Origin: Eukaryota sp. GEM-RC1
Taxonomy: Eukaryota
DNA: 64,000 nt
Direction: 5' to 3'
Assembly (NCBI GenBank): GCA_040285855.1
Contig: JAUFOQ010000003.1
Span: 1,488,001-1,552,000 of the forward strand
The position numbers and the translations under genes were made by a program. The number at the start of each line of letters is the position of its first letter. Position 1 is the stretch's first letter. Shown piece by piece: positions 51,163 through 63,308 of the stretch. The notes under the pieces were generated by a model that was not told where the DNA came from, made no database searches, and worked only from the letters and a program-made list of their open reading frames with translations.

Positions 51163-53085
51163 ATGGATCTCCATCAGCTTCTTAACAAACTAAATATCTC
51201 CTTGGAGAAACGTCTTTCAAGAGTTAATCTTGATGAATTTGAAACTAGTGATCTTCATGACCTTCTGTTCGAAGTGTGCGGACTCATTGACAAGGAAGCT
51301 GTTGAAAAAGCTCTCACATATCCACCTTCTGAATCCTTCAACCAAGTTCTTGAGTTAATTCAAGTCTTTGAATATCCTACTTTAGACCACGAATCACTGT
51401 CTGAACAACTACTTGACGGAAATAGAAACGCCATCTACAATCTCATGCTCTACATCCTTAACAATGTAGAAGATCTTAAGAAGAAAGTGTATTTATCACG
51501 GTTCTTGTCCCCAGTCAATGTTGCTCCTGATTTTGTTATGCACGACGATGTCTCCCACAGTAAAACCCAACTTGAAGAACTTCAGGATGAGTTTAGAAAC
51601 GCTCAAAATGAACTGACGTCTCTTGAAGTCAAAGGTCAACACGTCACTGATTTAACAAGGGAAATTTCTAAGATGGAAAGTGAAAAGAATCGGTTAACTC
51701 AAGCTGTTCATAGTAAACGTCATCATCTTTCCGAAATGGTTTCAGATAGTGAGCTTCGTACCTTGATGGATTTAGCTCAAAGAGTTCGAAAAGAGGAACA
51801 ACAGAATTCAGAACAGAGGCAGTCCTGGACTAGTCAAAATTTAAAATATTCAAGTATTTTGGACCAAAATCGTCGTTTAACTCAATCAATGAACACAATG
51901 TTAAGTATGAAAAGTGGAGATCCTATCCCACTTCTAGAAGCGGAAGTTTCTCAGTTGGAACAATACGTCATGAATGAACTTCCCGCCAAGGTCTCTTCAC
52001 TACGTGATCAAATTGGTCTCTATAGTCTTGGAGATTCAACGAGTGATTATGAGCTTCGAGAGAAAGTTGATGAACTTAAAAGAAAGGAGTCTGACCTCAA
52101 GTCCATCATTTCACAGTACAAATCTGATCGCAACTCCAGGCCTTCAAATGATCCTCTTAATGTCTTTAGGGGAAGAGCAGATGCATTGGAAGGGAAGAAG
52201 AAGAAAGCTGTGGACAAACTTCAAAAGGAAAAGTTAAAAAACAAGGAATTAAAGGAAGAGTTGGGTGCTTTTGAAGATGTTCATGGACCTTTGTTGACTC
52301 GAGATCAATTAAGAGCTTTTGCTAGTCAAGTTTCTAAGCTACGTTCAAAGTTTTCTGAAGCTAAACAGGAGCTTAGTGAGCGGCAAACTGAGTTGAGTGT
52401 CTTGGACAACACGATTACTACTCTGACTGACACGTGGCCACAGGTGAATTTCGACAAATTTCAAAATTCTGAAAATATTGAACCAGAAGAGGAAACAGTT
52501 GACGAGTTACTTGAAGATGAAGTTGAACAAGTTAACACACTACTTCTCCAACAAAAGAAAATCGTCCAACCAATTGTTAAGTCTTATAAACAACTGAAAG
52601 CTGAATTCCAGACCTTGAACACAACTTACTCTGAAGCTAAAGAGGAATTTGATAAGGCAACTGATGGGATTGTTACTGAAGTAGATGCACTAAGACAAAC
52701 TGTTGCCAAATACGATAACCAATGTGCTCTGTATGAAAGTCAGTACTTTGTGTTCAAAGATAAGATTTCTTCTCTTTTGTTGTTGTTGTCTCGTGCCAAG
52801 AAAGAGGTTGGTTATAGGAAGAATGATGGGCGACTTTCAGCTGACCATCAGTCTCATAAGGCGATGTTTGAGCAAGTAATTAAGGGGCAGAGGGAAACTT
52901 ACAAGGAGTTGAACGTCAGGAAGAAGTTTGTGGACGAGAACAAAGACACTGGTTTGAAGCAAGTGAAGTATTTTGAAGACTTGTTGATTTTACTCAAAGC
53001 CAAACATCAGTCGAATGAAGAGGACTTTGAACATGAAAATCCTAATGTTCTGGAAACTTTGGATTTAGATTCACTGGATATTTAG
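51163..53085 (+). CDS. IFT81: Intraflagellar transport protein 81
   Basis: N-terminal CH-like domain ending [11 protein letters not shown], long coiled coils, C-terminal [16 protein letters not shown]; 640 aa. Confidence 0.8.
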   Translation: MDLHQLLNKLNISLEKRLSRVNLDEFETSDLHDLLFEVCGLIDKEAVEKALTYPPSESFNQVLELIQVFEYPTLDHESLSEQLLDGNRNAIYNLMLYILNNVEDLKKKVYLSRFLSPVNVAPDFVMHDDVSHSKTQLEELQDEFRNAQNELTSLEVKGQHVTDLTREISKMESEKNRLTQAVHSKRHHLSEMVSDSELRTLMDLAQRVRKEEQQNSEQRQSWTSQNLKYSSILDQNRRLTQSMNTMLSMKSGDPIPLLEAEVSQLEQYVMNELPAKVSSLRDQIGLYSLGDSTSDYELREKVDELKRKESDLKSIISQYKSDRNSRPSNDPLNVFRGRADALEGKKKKAVDKLQKEKLKNKELKEELGAFEDVHGPLLTRDQLRAFASQVSKLRSKFSEAKQELSERQTELSVLDNTITTLTDTWPQVNFDKFQNSENIEPEEETVDELLEDEVEQVNTLLLQQKKIVQPIVKSYKQLKAEFQTLNTTYSEAKEEFDKATDGIVTEVDALRQTVAKYDNQCALYESQYFVFKDKISSLLLLLSRAKKEVGYRKNDGRLSADHQSHKAMFEQVIKGQRETYKELNVRKKFVDENKDTGLKQVKYFEDLLILLKAKHQSNEEDFEHENPNVLETLDLDSLDI

Positions 53086-53715
53086 GTGGTATTAGATTTT
53101 TAACGAATTTTTAAATATTTCGGGATTGAGGTTTCAACCTGTTCGTTTGTACATTATGTGTTTTTAAAATATTTATTTAAAATGGACTCAGTCTTAATAT
53201 AAATATTCCAATGTCTTAATTATTAATGAGGATTGTGAATATCTTTCAGAACATTCAAAGTCCATGACGTGATGTGACGTTAACTCTATCACCATTTGTT
53301 TGACAGTTTAGCAATTTCTGTTACACTTGTCAAACTTGAATATACCTAAGAATTCTCTTAAACAAATAGAACTTCTACATAATTAAAAGGAGATTGTTTG
53401 GGGAAAACTCCATTTTGAATTTTGATGAGTTACTGTACTACGACAGATTTCGTAGTAAAAGCATTGATTTCACTGATTGATCATAAACCCCTTTTTTTTA
53501 AAGCAGGTGTGTAGGAGAATAGGAGTAGTTGGAGATCAAAGTCAAGAAAAATACAGTTGTTCATGAGCAAAGGTTCGACTACTGGTCGTCATAATGCAGG
53601 GAGTAACTACAAGAGACCAAAAGGACCATGACATGTGTGAACAGTAAATACTTTTGGAATCCACAAAATGTTATCCCTTCCTCTCACACCATCGATATCA
53701 CTTTTCTGAAACTAA

Positions 53716-54201
53716 ATGGACCCTAATGTTTTTCGTAGTCATCGCCCTTCAATACATCCTTTGTTTAATAGCCATGGCATCATTTCCCAACTTCCTTATC
53801 AGCACCAATCTGGACTTACTCTAGCTCCCCAAATCATCCCACCGCCAGTCCACATTCCACCGTCGCTTTCTCGATCAGGAGACTCTTTTCCAATCCCGGA
53901 ATTCATAACAGAACGCCTCAACCGTACCCGCTCTCACAGAGACCACAGCATACACGATTTTGTTGCTACTCCGTCGCCACCTCTAGATGATCTAGAAACT
54001 ATTGGATCACCGTTATCTACTTTTTCGGGTGATTCATGTTTAGTTTCAGAAATGGAACACTTTGCTGCTATGTCATATAAGAACAGAGCGAGAAACCACA
54101 ATCCTAACATTCAAACAATCATTTTGAATAACTCAAGATGTTTCTTGGAAATAGATACTAAAGTTGATGAGCCTTTGATATGTCAAAACGAGAGTTCTTA
54201 G
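53716..54201 (+). CDS. Hypothetical Pro/Ser-rich protein
   Basis: 161-aa ATG ORF, GC-richer than its flanks; no family recognised. Confidence 0.45.
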   Translation: MDPNVFRSHRPSIHPLFNSHGIISQLPYQHQSGLTLAPQIIPPPVHIPPSLSRSGDSFPIPEFITERLNRTRSHRDHSIHDFVATPSPPLDDLETIGSPLSTFSGDSCLVSEMEHFAAMSYKNRARNHNPNIQTIILNNSRCFLEIDTKVDEPLICQNESS

Positions 54202-54659
54202 GATGTTTGTCTGGTTGGTTTTTTGCAGTGTAATTATTTTCGGTTTGAGGGAAACAATAGCTATAAACTATTCTTTTCAAGAGTTGCAACATCATCCTTT
54301 CTCCACAGAGAGACAGATTTGTAGAACAAAAATAGTGAGATAAAAACAAAAATCAGAACTCAATGCCATTAGAGCAACATTCATTGTTGAATTTCACAGA
54401 AGCTTTAAATAGCATTAAATAGTAGGCCTGACACCTATCCAATATTGAGTGTGTGAAAGACCTTTCGGTTTGTTTGACTCAAGACCAATTAGCGTCTATT
54501 ACGTTTGAAAAATACGGCCATCACGTACAAAGATATGAGAACTTCGAATATTTCTCAAAGAATCCATCTGTACTAGAGTAAGTTTTCTACATGTTCAATT
54601 AGGTTTCTAGTCGTGGAGTAGTTCGTAGTAGAACTTCATAATGTGTTCAAGGCTGGAAT

Positions 54660-55298
54660 TAGGGAAGGTAGTGGATTGGTTTGGTTTTTATTGGTTTGGA
54701 CCAGAATCATGAACCATAGACGTGTAAACCAAAACCATTACCCGTATGGTTTTAATTTCCGTGTATAGATATTAATATATTTACTTGATTGAGCATATAT
54801 TTGCCAGTTCCTTGGTATATTGTGCTAAATTGAAATTATTGAATTCGGCTTTCACACTCGAATTACTTGTTGTACCCTTTTGTATTTTCACTGTACGGTT
54901 CTTTAGGTGAATCTGCAACATCACTACTTGAAATCTTTGTGAAGATTCTAAAAGAAAAAACATTTAGGACTTTTGATCTTAGATTTTGGAAAAATCGAAT
55001 AGTGTTTGTTATCTTTAAAGGTATGTGACTTCTGTATCTAGCGCTATATTATCTCTTGGCAGACATTATGAGGATAAGGTAGGTGAAAATTTCCAGTTGG
55101 GTAAGCTGGACTTTGAGGATATAGATTATTAGATGTATGTACACTGTAGTGTTGTTGTCAATAAAAATAAATTGTTCCAAAAAAAGGTTCCGTGGTATTG
55201 AAGGGCATATCTTGTATGTATGAAAGATTTCTTGCATTACATTATACTGTCAGCCATAGGTATTAGTAGAAGATTACTGTATTAACCTACCATCCCTA
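54660..55298. mobile_element. TIR element containing a CRE-like 3' fragment (54960-55175, +)
   Basis: Ends TAGGGAAGGTAG / CTACCATCCCTA. Internal FWKNRIVFVIF...FEDIDY* resembles 22660-22809 and is followed by AATAAA. Confidence 0.55.
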
Positions 55299-56179
55299 AC
55301 CAGGACTATGGATATTTCTGTTATCTCCATTCTTGTGACTTTTGTTAAGGAAAAGTATTTTATACAAAAAATATCTCACAATACGTTTGTCACCCGGATG
55401 GTGAATTTCTTCTTTTGAATCAGTGATGAGTCATCACTGATGACTGAGTAACTCAACCTGACTCGCCTCAATTTTGTTATTTCAAGAGATTTCCGTTAAT
55501 GTAAAAAATCAAGTCATCCACCATCAATGTTAGCCAAGTAACACTGAAAAAAGTTTCTGGAGTCAAGTGATGGACGCTCAATTTCCTTCATCATCGAGCC
55601 TAATAATAAAAAACCTGTTCTAACAGACGTATTATGTTTCTTTCTGTAATTTGTGTTTCTTTTCATTCATGTTTTTGACACTACTTATATGTGTCACTTC
55701 AAGTCTTTCACGAAGTATTGCTTTAGTCCACCTCTCAATTCATTGAGAGAATGAAGAAGGGTCTCTTTGGACATGGTAAATCGAATTTGACGAAAGAAAA
55801 CAGTCAACATCATTCAAAAATATTATATTAGAGTTTATTTACAACAATACAATATATTTCTAAAATAATGCACATTTAGATCAAAAAAAACAGGTATATC
55901 ACTACTAATTTCAATGCTTAGACAATTCCTCTCCGAATTCAATCTCTAGAGTGTGAAGAAAAACACACAAATGGTTTTATTGGTCGGATTGCTTTTTCGT
56001 ATTTCTGATGAACTTTTTTTTCTAACCTTTTCTAACCTTAGTTCATTGATCTCCAGGATCTAGTCGTATTTCTTCATCAGAAATACGAATATGTGTAGAT
56101 GAGTTGGATAAACCTTATTCGGTATCCAAGAAGCCAACCTTCTTGCAGGAATTTATGTTTATAATTTATATACGTAATG

Positions 56180-56533
56180 AAAAATGTTTAGTTCAGGACA
56201 GTCTTTGTTTATAATGGGACTCTCATTCCGCATGATCTCATTGCCTACTGGCGAGGTGTTCATATCTCAAAGAAATTAGCTAAACGATCCTTTACTAGCT
56301 ACATTGTCCAAAGAAAAGACGGGATGTACCTTGACGGAACTAATGCTATATGCTTGGGCAAGTTCGCCAACTACCACCCCGAAAACAATGCTTTCTTAAA
56401 AGACTTCAATGATGTCAATGGGGAAAAACTGGTTGGTCTGTATGCTCTTAGACCTTTGAAGGACGAGGAAGTTTTCTTGTCTTACGATTGGTACTTTCCA
56501 AAGGACAGGAAAGCCATTCCTTGGTTTAAGTAA
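56180..56533 (+). CDS. Small stand-alone SET-domain protein (5' end uncertain, possibly a pseudogene)
   Basis: LIAYWRG...MYLDGTNAICLGKFANYH.ENNA...VGLYALRPLKDEEVFLSY fits the SET pattern RFxNH...A.R.I..GEE...Y. Confidence 0.6.
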
Positions 56534-56734
56534 GTATTTAGTTTTGTTTTATTCTGATTCTTTTCAATCGTTGAATAAATTATATTAATTATCAGTTCTC
56601 TTCTTCAGTTAAATTATGGGCATGATCTGTAAGGTCTAGTATTAGTAGCTTTGAAAGTTTCAAGTGAACCAGAAATACGAATATGGGTGTTGGAGAAGAG
56701 AAAATGATCAATGATTTGAATTGCCGCTCTTTTT

Positions 56735-58125
56735 ATGCTGGACCAGTACTACCAACATAAACGCAGGGTCCCGCTTCAACCAAAGCCAAAAAAATTTCGC
56801 CGGACTACTGCTTCTACTTCATTGAATTCATCTGATCATATCAATGCAGCTATTGTTTCAAATCCTTACAAAAACACAAGTTTTTTGTTGAGTTGTTATC
56901 AACAAAAGGTAGTTTTGAATTTGCTTTCTTTGAAATTGAACTCTATGAAAATGTTTTATTGGATGCAGCTGGAACAATATTGAAAGTTAAAAAAGATAAA
57001 AGAGATTGTTTTAACTATATCGAAAAACTTTCACTATTAGCGAAATATTGTATTATATACGGTATTTAAATATAGCCATTTCATCGAATTCATTTTATAA
57101 AAATCATTCTTTTGAATTATTAAAGAGTAGAAAAATGATATATACATAAAAAATGATTATTTATAAATATATCTTCATCTGTCTCAATGTTCTCTGAATA
57201 TTGTGCATTTTCGACTTTTTCCGTCTCCTACGAAAAACTATCTTGATATATGGTATTAACGTTCAATTCCAATGTCAATGACAAACTTTGTCAAATTGAT
57301 CGTTGTACTCATCTTGGTGAGTACCCAAAAGAGAAAATTTCCCTTCCATTCATTTTGGATGCCCAATGCCCTCATTTTCTCTATTGATTCCATTGAATTG
57401 TTTCGAAAGAACCGGAAATTTCATCCGTCGTTATATCAAAGATAATCATCCTTATGAAATTCCCAGTCAACATCGATTTTGGCCCAAACTGACAATGAAA
57501 CAATATCTCGGTAATAAAGGGGTTTTTGAGATATTTGGCAATGAGACTATTTTGGTTCCAAAGAATTCACTTATAGTTCCTATTTATCATCCAGTATTAT
57601 CTGAGACACTTGATTTCAAATTCACTACCATCGAAAGTAAAGTAATCAATGAAATTAGGGGTGAGAAATCTAATGTCTCTGAAAAAGTAAGCTCACTTCC
57701 ATCTTTGACTGCCTCTAAAGCTACTTATCCTCGTGATGTTCTCGTTTCCGAGACATTTATTACAAAACCCCTCTCCACTCAGTTCAATGACATTCTCTCT
57801 GTCTTTGATGCTCTCACTTCTGTCTTTGTTTCCCTTGGCTCGAAGCCAGGGACGTCCATTACCTGGGACGAACTTCAGTCTTGCTGTTCAATCCCTGCTG
57901 AACCACCAGAAAGTGGATTTTACACTGAATATTTTCAGGAGTATTGTTGGACTTTCTCCTGGAAATTTCCATCTTTCTTACACCAACTGTCTTCTTGTTT
58001 CAACTTCTATTTCAACTTCTGAGTGGTTCACACACAGGTCCTGTTTACAACACTATCTGAAAAAAAGAATGGAGAATGCACATGACAAGTATTTACGGTC
58101 AAAGTCGATAAAGAAATCCAAATTG
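56735..58125 (+). pseudogene. CDT1: Cdt1-like replication licensing factor copy A, interrupted by an insertion at 56879-57686 and 3'-truncated
   Basis: Near-identical to the inverted copy at 60568-59709; starts MLDQYYQHKRR. Confidence 0.6.
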
Positions 58126-58545
58126 CTTCTTTGTGTTTAAAGAAAAGTTTACCGATGAACATGCAATACATAATACACACTTGAATTTGTGTTCAGAATT
58201 TGGCAAGAAGTTTAACAGATCGTACTGGAAGAGTAAATTTGCTTTTTTTGATTTTGAGGTCTATGTAGAAATATGTTGATTCCATTTTGTCCAAGTTGTT
58301 TGGAGGTAACTACTTTTCCGAATTAGGCAATTCGATTGATAACTTGTTTTAATAGTCTATTTAATTAATAAACTTTATCTATTTAATTATTGTTTTCTTG
58401 TTGTGTGTTCTTCTCCAGACATAAATCCGCTTTTTTCATAAATGTATGTATGGTTAATAATAAAATTCTGGACAAAGAAGATTCTGATTGAAAAAGAAAC
58501 TAAATTTCTTATTGATATCAGTACCCCAATTTGTAGGAGAAACAT

Positions 58546-59708
58546 AAAAAGATTCTGGTTGGTGAAAATTCCTTCCTCCACTGAGTAGAACCATTTTAAT
58601 TTTGGAATATTGAAAATATAAACGAAACAAACAAATAGAAAGAGCAAAACTGATGCGGAAACCAAAAATTCAAAATAAAAGCCACCATTCCGGTGATTTT
58701 GCAAGGCTTGACGAACAAAAGTTCCCGTGGACTACGGCTTTAAGTCAAATGAAGCAAATTCTGGCACTTCATCAGGAAACTGAATCTCACATAAGAACAC
58801 ATAGAGCAGTTAGAGCATCAACGAGAGAGAGAGAACTCAAAGAACGTCGTTGAACCAGGTTATGAGAGATTTTGTGGTAGATTTCTCCAAAACACTTCCA
58901 AGAAGCGTTTTGGAGAAGCTTTTGAGGAGAGGGGAAGGGTGTTCAAGAAGGTAGAGACTACATGCATTTGACTCAGTGTAAGGTGTAAGGTAGAGTTTTT
59001 CCTCCACCTGCACTGCTTCTGTCTTCTGTCTTCAAATATTCCTTGTTGGAGAAGTCCAGTAATTGTTTTTCTTCCAAAGATGTAATCCCACAACCCATTT
59101 AAACCAGATGTTATCAAACCACTTCAACTTCACGAAGATCACCCCAAAGATCCCGTCTTTCACCATCAATGTTAGCCACTTATTTCGAAACTATAGTTCT
59201 GGAGTCAAATTGAGGGACACTTCATTTTCTTCGTCCTATTGTGTAATCACAATAAGTCTGTCCTTCCAGACGTATCATGTTGTCGTTTATTTGACACTAC
59301 TTATCTGTATCATTTCAATTCGTCAACGATCTCCCGCTTTAGATCCATCATTTTTATTCATAGAAGACAATGCATCTCAAGCAAACCACATCATAAACAA
59401 ATGTCAATACAATTTCTTTCAGTTATCCATTGTCTTGAAGGTCTACTCAAATTAAGTACGAAACTCTCTTTCAGATTATAGCCAAGTGATAGCCCCTCAA
59501 AAGTTCAATGTTTTCAACACATGTTACTTGTTGTGGGAGTATAGAATAACTAAGAACCACCAACGAGAAATTACACGTAGTTTACCTCGTGTTACAGTCG
59601 AGTCAGGCTGATGAAATGGATCTGATTTCCAATGATTTCAGAACTGAAAAAATAAAAAGCTAATCAATAGTCCACAGAAATGTAAAATAAATAAATATAT
59701 TGTACAAT
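58546..59708 (+). repeat. Left arm of a ~1.16-kb inverted repeat
   Basis: Reverse complement of 61504-62675; ORF translations 58860/62105, 59063/61767 and 59239/61741 are identical. Confidence 0.95.
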
Positions 59709-60568
59709 TTGCATTTTAGAGAATTTTCTTGTCTTTGTAGCGTTAAAGCCAAAACTTGTCGTGGTAAATTAAGTAATTTTTTTGGAATTTTGGACAGATC
59801 CACATGCTGAGAGAGAGCATTTAGCTCTTTCTCACGATACTGATTGATTTTGTCCATGATTAAATGACTTTCATGAGTGACGCGATCACGACTTTCTACA
59901 CGAGGTTCTGGTAGTGGACAAAGAGGAAGAGCATCAGCATAGTTTTCCAAGAAGGAAACTTCCCAAACTTTAGATTTTGAAGAAATCAATTTCGATTTCT
60001 TTATCGATTTTGAACGTAAATACCTGCCATGTGCATCGTCCATTCTTTTCTTCAGATATTGTTGAAGACTTGATCTGTGTGTGAACCACTCAGAAGTTGA
60101 AATAGAAGTGGATACAACAAGACAGTTGGAGAAAGAAAGATGTAAAATTCGAGGAGAAAGAGCAACAATACTCCTGAAAAAATTGAGTGTAAAATCCACT
60201 TTCTGGTGGTTCAGCAGGGATTGAACCGAAGACTGAAGTTCGTCCCAGGTAATGGACGTCCCTGGCTTCGAGCCAAGGGAAACAAAGACAGAAGTAAGAG
60301 CATCAAAGACAGAGAGAATGTCACTGAACTCAGTGGAGAGAGGTTTTGTAATGGATGTCTCGGAAACGAGAACATCACGAGGACAAGTAGTTTTAGAGGC
60401 AGTCAAAGATGGAAGTGAGCTTACTGTGTTTTTGTAGGGACTTGAAACAATAGCTGGATCGATAAGATCAGATGAATTCAAGGAAGTAGAAGCAGTAGTC
60501 CGGCCAAGTTTTTTTGGCTTTGGTTGAAGCGGGACCCTGCGTTTATGTCAGTAGTACTAGTCCAACAT
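59709..60568 (-). pseudogene. CDT1: Cdt1-like copy B with two early nonsense codons, 3'-truncated
   Basis: LSVFDALTSVF...ITWDELQSSVQ...FT...RSIVALSP...LKKRMDDAHGRYL...WEVSF...LPLCPLPEP fits the Cdt1 first winged-helix domain; 5' end reads MLD*YY*HKRR. Confidence 0.65.
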
Positions 60569-61367
60569 AAAAAGAGCGGCAAGTCGAAACTTCTTTTTTA
60601 TCCAATGTTCTCAACACGTGTTGGATGCTGAGAAAACCATCAATTTGTGGTGAATACATCCCATCCTTCTATGTCACTTCAATGAATCTGCATACATTAC
60701 TACTCTTCTTGATTGAATAATGGTAGAAAATATGAGTCCACGATCAGCGATGTAAAAATATATTATTGTTATCTTATTGTTTTTCTGACATTCAACAATA
60801 AATATATTGTCTGGATTGATATCTTATCTTATTTATTGCTTATCTTGAGTCAAAACAATTAATATATCTTCAATAACGACAGTGACAAATCATTAAGAAC
60901 AAGAATTTGATCACATTCATCAATTGTAGCCTGATTGGATTGAGGTGTGAGATAATTTATTAAAATTTCCAATAGAAGTTTGATCCCGTAGATCAACATT
61001 GCACAACAGGAACAGTTGCTGTCCTAACGCTTTTGAGTTCAGATTTGGTTTAGTGTTTCCTGAAGTCCTTCTAAGCTAGACTGAAAAGCATCCCATCTTC
61101 ATTTCTAGTTGCAGGTATCCAACCTAAATCTATATACTGTCGATCTTGATTAATTCATTGCTGATTACGTTTGTTCAATCTTTTATTTAAGCCAATGGTT
61201 CTCTGTTACCTTGGAGTTCAAATGCTTCGACACAATCCTACTTTATTCTAAATTGACATCAAGATAAAATCAGGTTACAGCAAGAAAAAGAATATTCTTG
61301 AATTATCTTATCTTATTGAAATATATCGTATATTGTTGAGTTTTCAAGATTAATATATTGTTGAGAG

Positions 61368-61456
61368 CAGTGAACGCTAACACGTTCAAAATCGAATCTA
61401 ACACGTGTTAACACGCGTGTTACGTGTCAGGCCGTGTTAGGTGTTAGCGTTCACTA
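61368..61456. mobile_element. 89-bp hAT-type MITE
   Basis: TIR CAGTGAACGCTAACAC / GTGTTAGCGTTCACTA; perfect 8-bp TSD GTTGAGAG at 61360-61367 and 61457-61464. Confidence 0.9.
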
Positions 61457-61503
61457 GTTGAGAGAGATGTCACAATAAGATAACAATAAATATATTTATT
61501 GTT

Positions 61504-62675
61504 ATTGTACAATATATTTATTTATTTTACATTTCTGTGGACTATTGATTAGCTTTTTATTTTTTCAGTTCTGAAATCATTGGAAATCAGATCCATTTCA
61601 TCAGCCTGACTTGACTGTAACACGAGGGTAAACTACGTGTAATTTCTCGTTGGTGATTCTTAGTTATTCTATATTCCCTTAATATATTCAACAAGTAACA
61701 TGTGTTGAAAACATTGAACTTTTGAGGGGCTATCACTTGGCTATAATCTGAAAGAGAGTTTCGTACTTAATTTGAGTAGACCTTCAAGACAATGGATAAC
61801 TGAAAGAAATTGTATTGACATTTGTTTATGATGTGGTTTGCTTGAGATGCATTGTCTTCTATGAATAAAAATGATGGATCTAAAGCGGGAGATCGTTGAC
61901 GAATTGAAATGATACAGATAAGTAGTGTCAAATAAACGACAACATGATACGTCTGGAAGGACAGACTTATTGTGATTACACAATAGGACGAAGAAAATGA
62001 AGTGTCCCTCAATTTGACTCCAGAACTATAGTTTCGAAATAAGTGGCTAACATTGATGGTGAAAGACGGGATCTTTGGGGTGATCTTCGTGAAGTTGAAG
62101 TGGTTTGATAACATCTGGTTTAAATGGGTTGTGGGATTACATCTTTGGAAGAAAAACAATTACTGGACTTCTCCAACAAGGAATATTTGAAGACAGAAGA
62201 CAGAAGCAGTGCAGGTGGAGGAAAAACTCTACCTTACACCTTACACTGAGTCAAATGCATGTAGTCTCTACCTTCTTGAACACCCTTCCCCTCTCCTCAA
62301 AAGCTTCTCCAAAACGCTTCTTGGAAGTGTTTTGGAGAAATCTACCACAAAATCTCTCATAACCTGGTTCAACGACGTTCTTTGAGTTCTCTCTCTCTCG
62401 TTGATGCTCTAACTGCTCTATGTGTTCTTATGTGAGATTCAGTTTCCTGATGAAGTGCCAGAATTTGCTTCATTTGACTTAAATCTCTAGTCCTTGGGAA
62501 TTTTGTTCGTCAAGCCTTGCAAAATCACCGGAATCGTGGCTTTTATTTTAAATTTTTGGTTTCCAGATCAGTTTTGCACTTTCTATTTGTTTGTTTCGTT
62601 TGTGTTTTGAATATTTAAAAATTAAAATGGTTCTACTCAGTGGAGGAAGGAATTTTCACCAACCAGGATCTTTTT
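61504..62675 (-). repeat. Right arm of the ~1.16-kb inverted repeat
   Basis: Reverse complement of 58546-59708. Confidence 0.95.
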
Positions 62676-62984
62676 CTCAACACTTCAGGTTAAATTGGGG
62701 TATCCCCTAAACTACCGTTATTAATGTCTACCGTTATATATTACATGTTCATCGATTGACTTGTTTTTAATAACAAAAGATCTATAATACTATTCGTTTC
62801 ATCTAAACTCTGAACTATCAAAGAGTTTGTTGATAAAGAGTTTGTTTTTGCGTAATTACAAACCATCGTAATTTTCCAAAAAGTCAGTGTACACCCTTTT
62901 TCTAGTTTTAAATTTTTTATTCTTTTTTCTTCAGGGAGCTGTAACAAAGATTTGTGTGTTATCACCCCTACGACACCGTGAAAG

Positions 62985-63295
62985 AAATACCAGTACACAG
63001 CTTTTGATTGGTCTTGTTTGATTGCATCATATTAACAATTACCAAGATTAACCATGGCTTCAGCATCACCTCGATCTGCAGCTTCTTGGTAACCTTCAAA
63101 AGCTAATTCATCATTACTTTTCTCTATTTGAAGATCATTTGCTAGAGAATTGTTCAACTCAAAGACTTCAATGGTTCCTTGAATTTCTTTCAACTCTTTC
63201 AGTACATCATTAATAGAAGGTCTTTCACTAGGATTAACTGAAAGACATTTGTTAATCAAAGATGAAATAGCATAGGAAAACCATCAGGGAAAGCT
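62985..63295 (-). pseudogene. Kinase C-terminus plus Sel1-repeat fragment
   Basis: LINKCLSVNPSERPSINDVL (kinase subdomain XI), then AFEGYQEAADRGDAEAMVNLGNC* and KQDQSKAVYWY (Sel1). Confidence 0.75.
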
Positions 63296-63308
63296 CAATA
63301 AATTTTCT

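Noticed and set aside
53368..53384. 17-nt match (AGAACTTCTACATAATT) to the Fanzor 3' end
   Set aside because: AT-rich and isolated; a match this short is plausible by chance in 64 kb.
58860..59481. Short ORFs duplicated in both inverted-repeat arms
   Set aside because: Their identity only reflects the repeat; non-ATG starts and no recognisable motifs.
62718..62730. TTATTAATGTCTA shared with ~2216-2228, downstream of both Fanzors
   Set aside because: A 13-nt AT-rich match ~590 bp from the second Fanzor across unrelated sequence; chance level.
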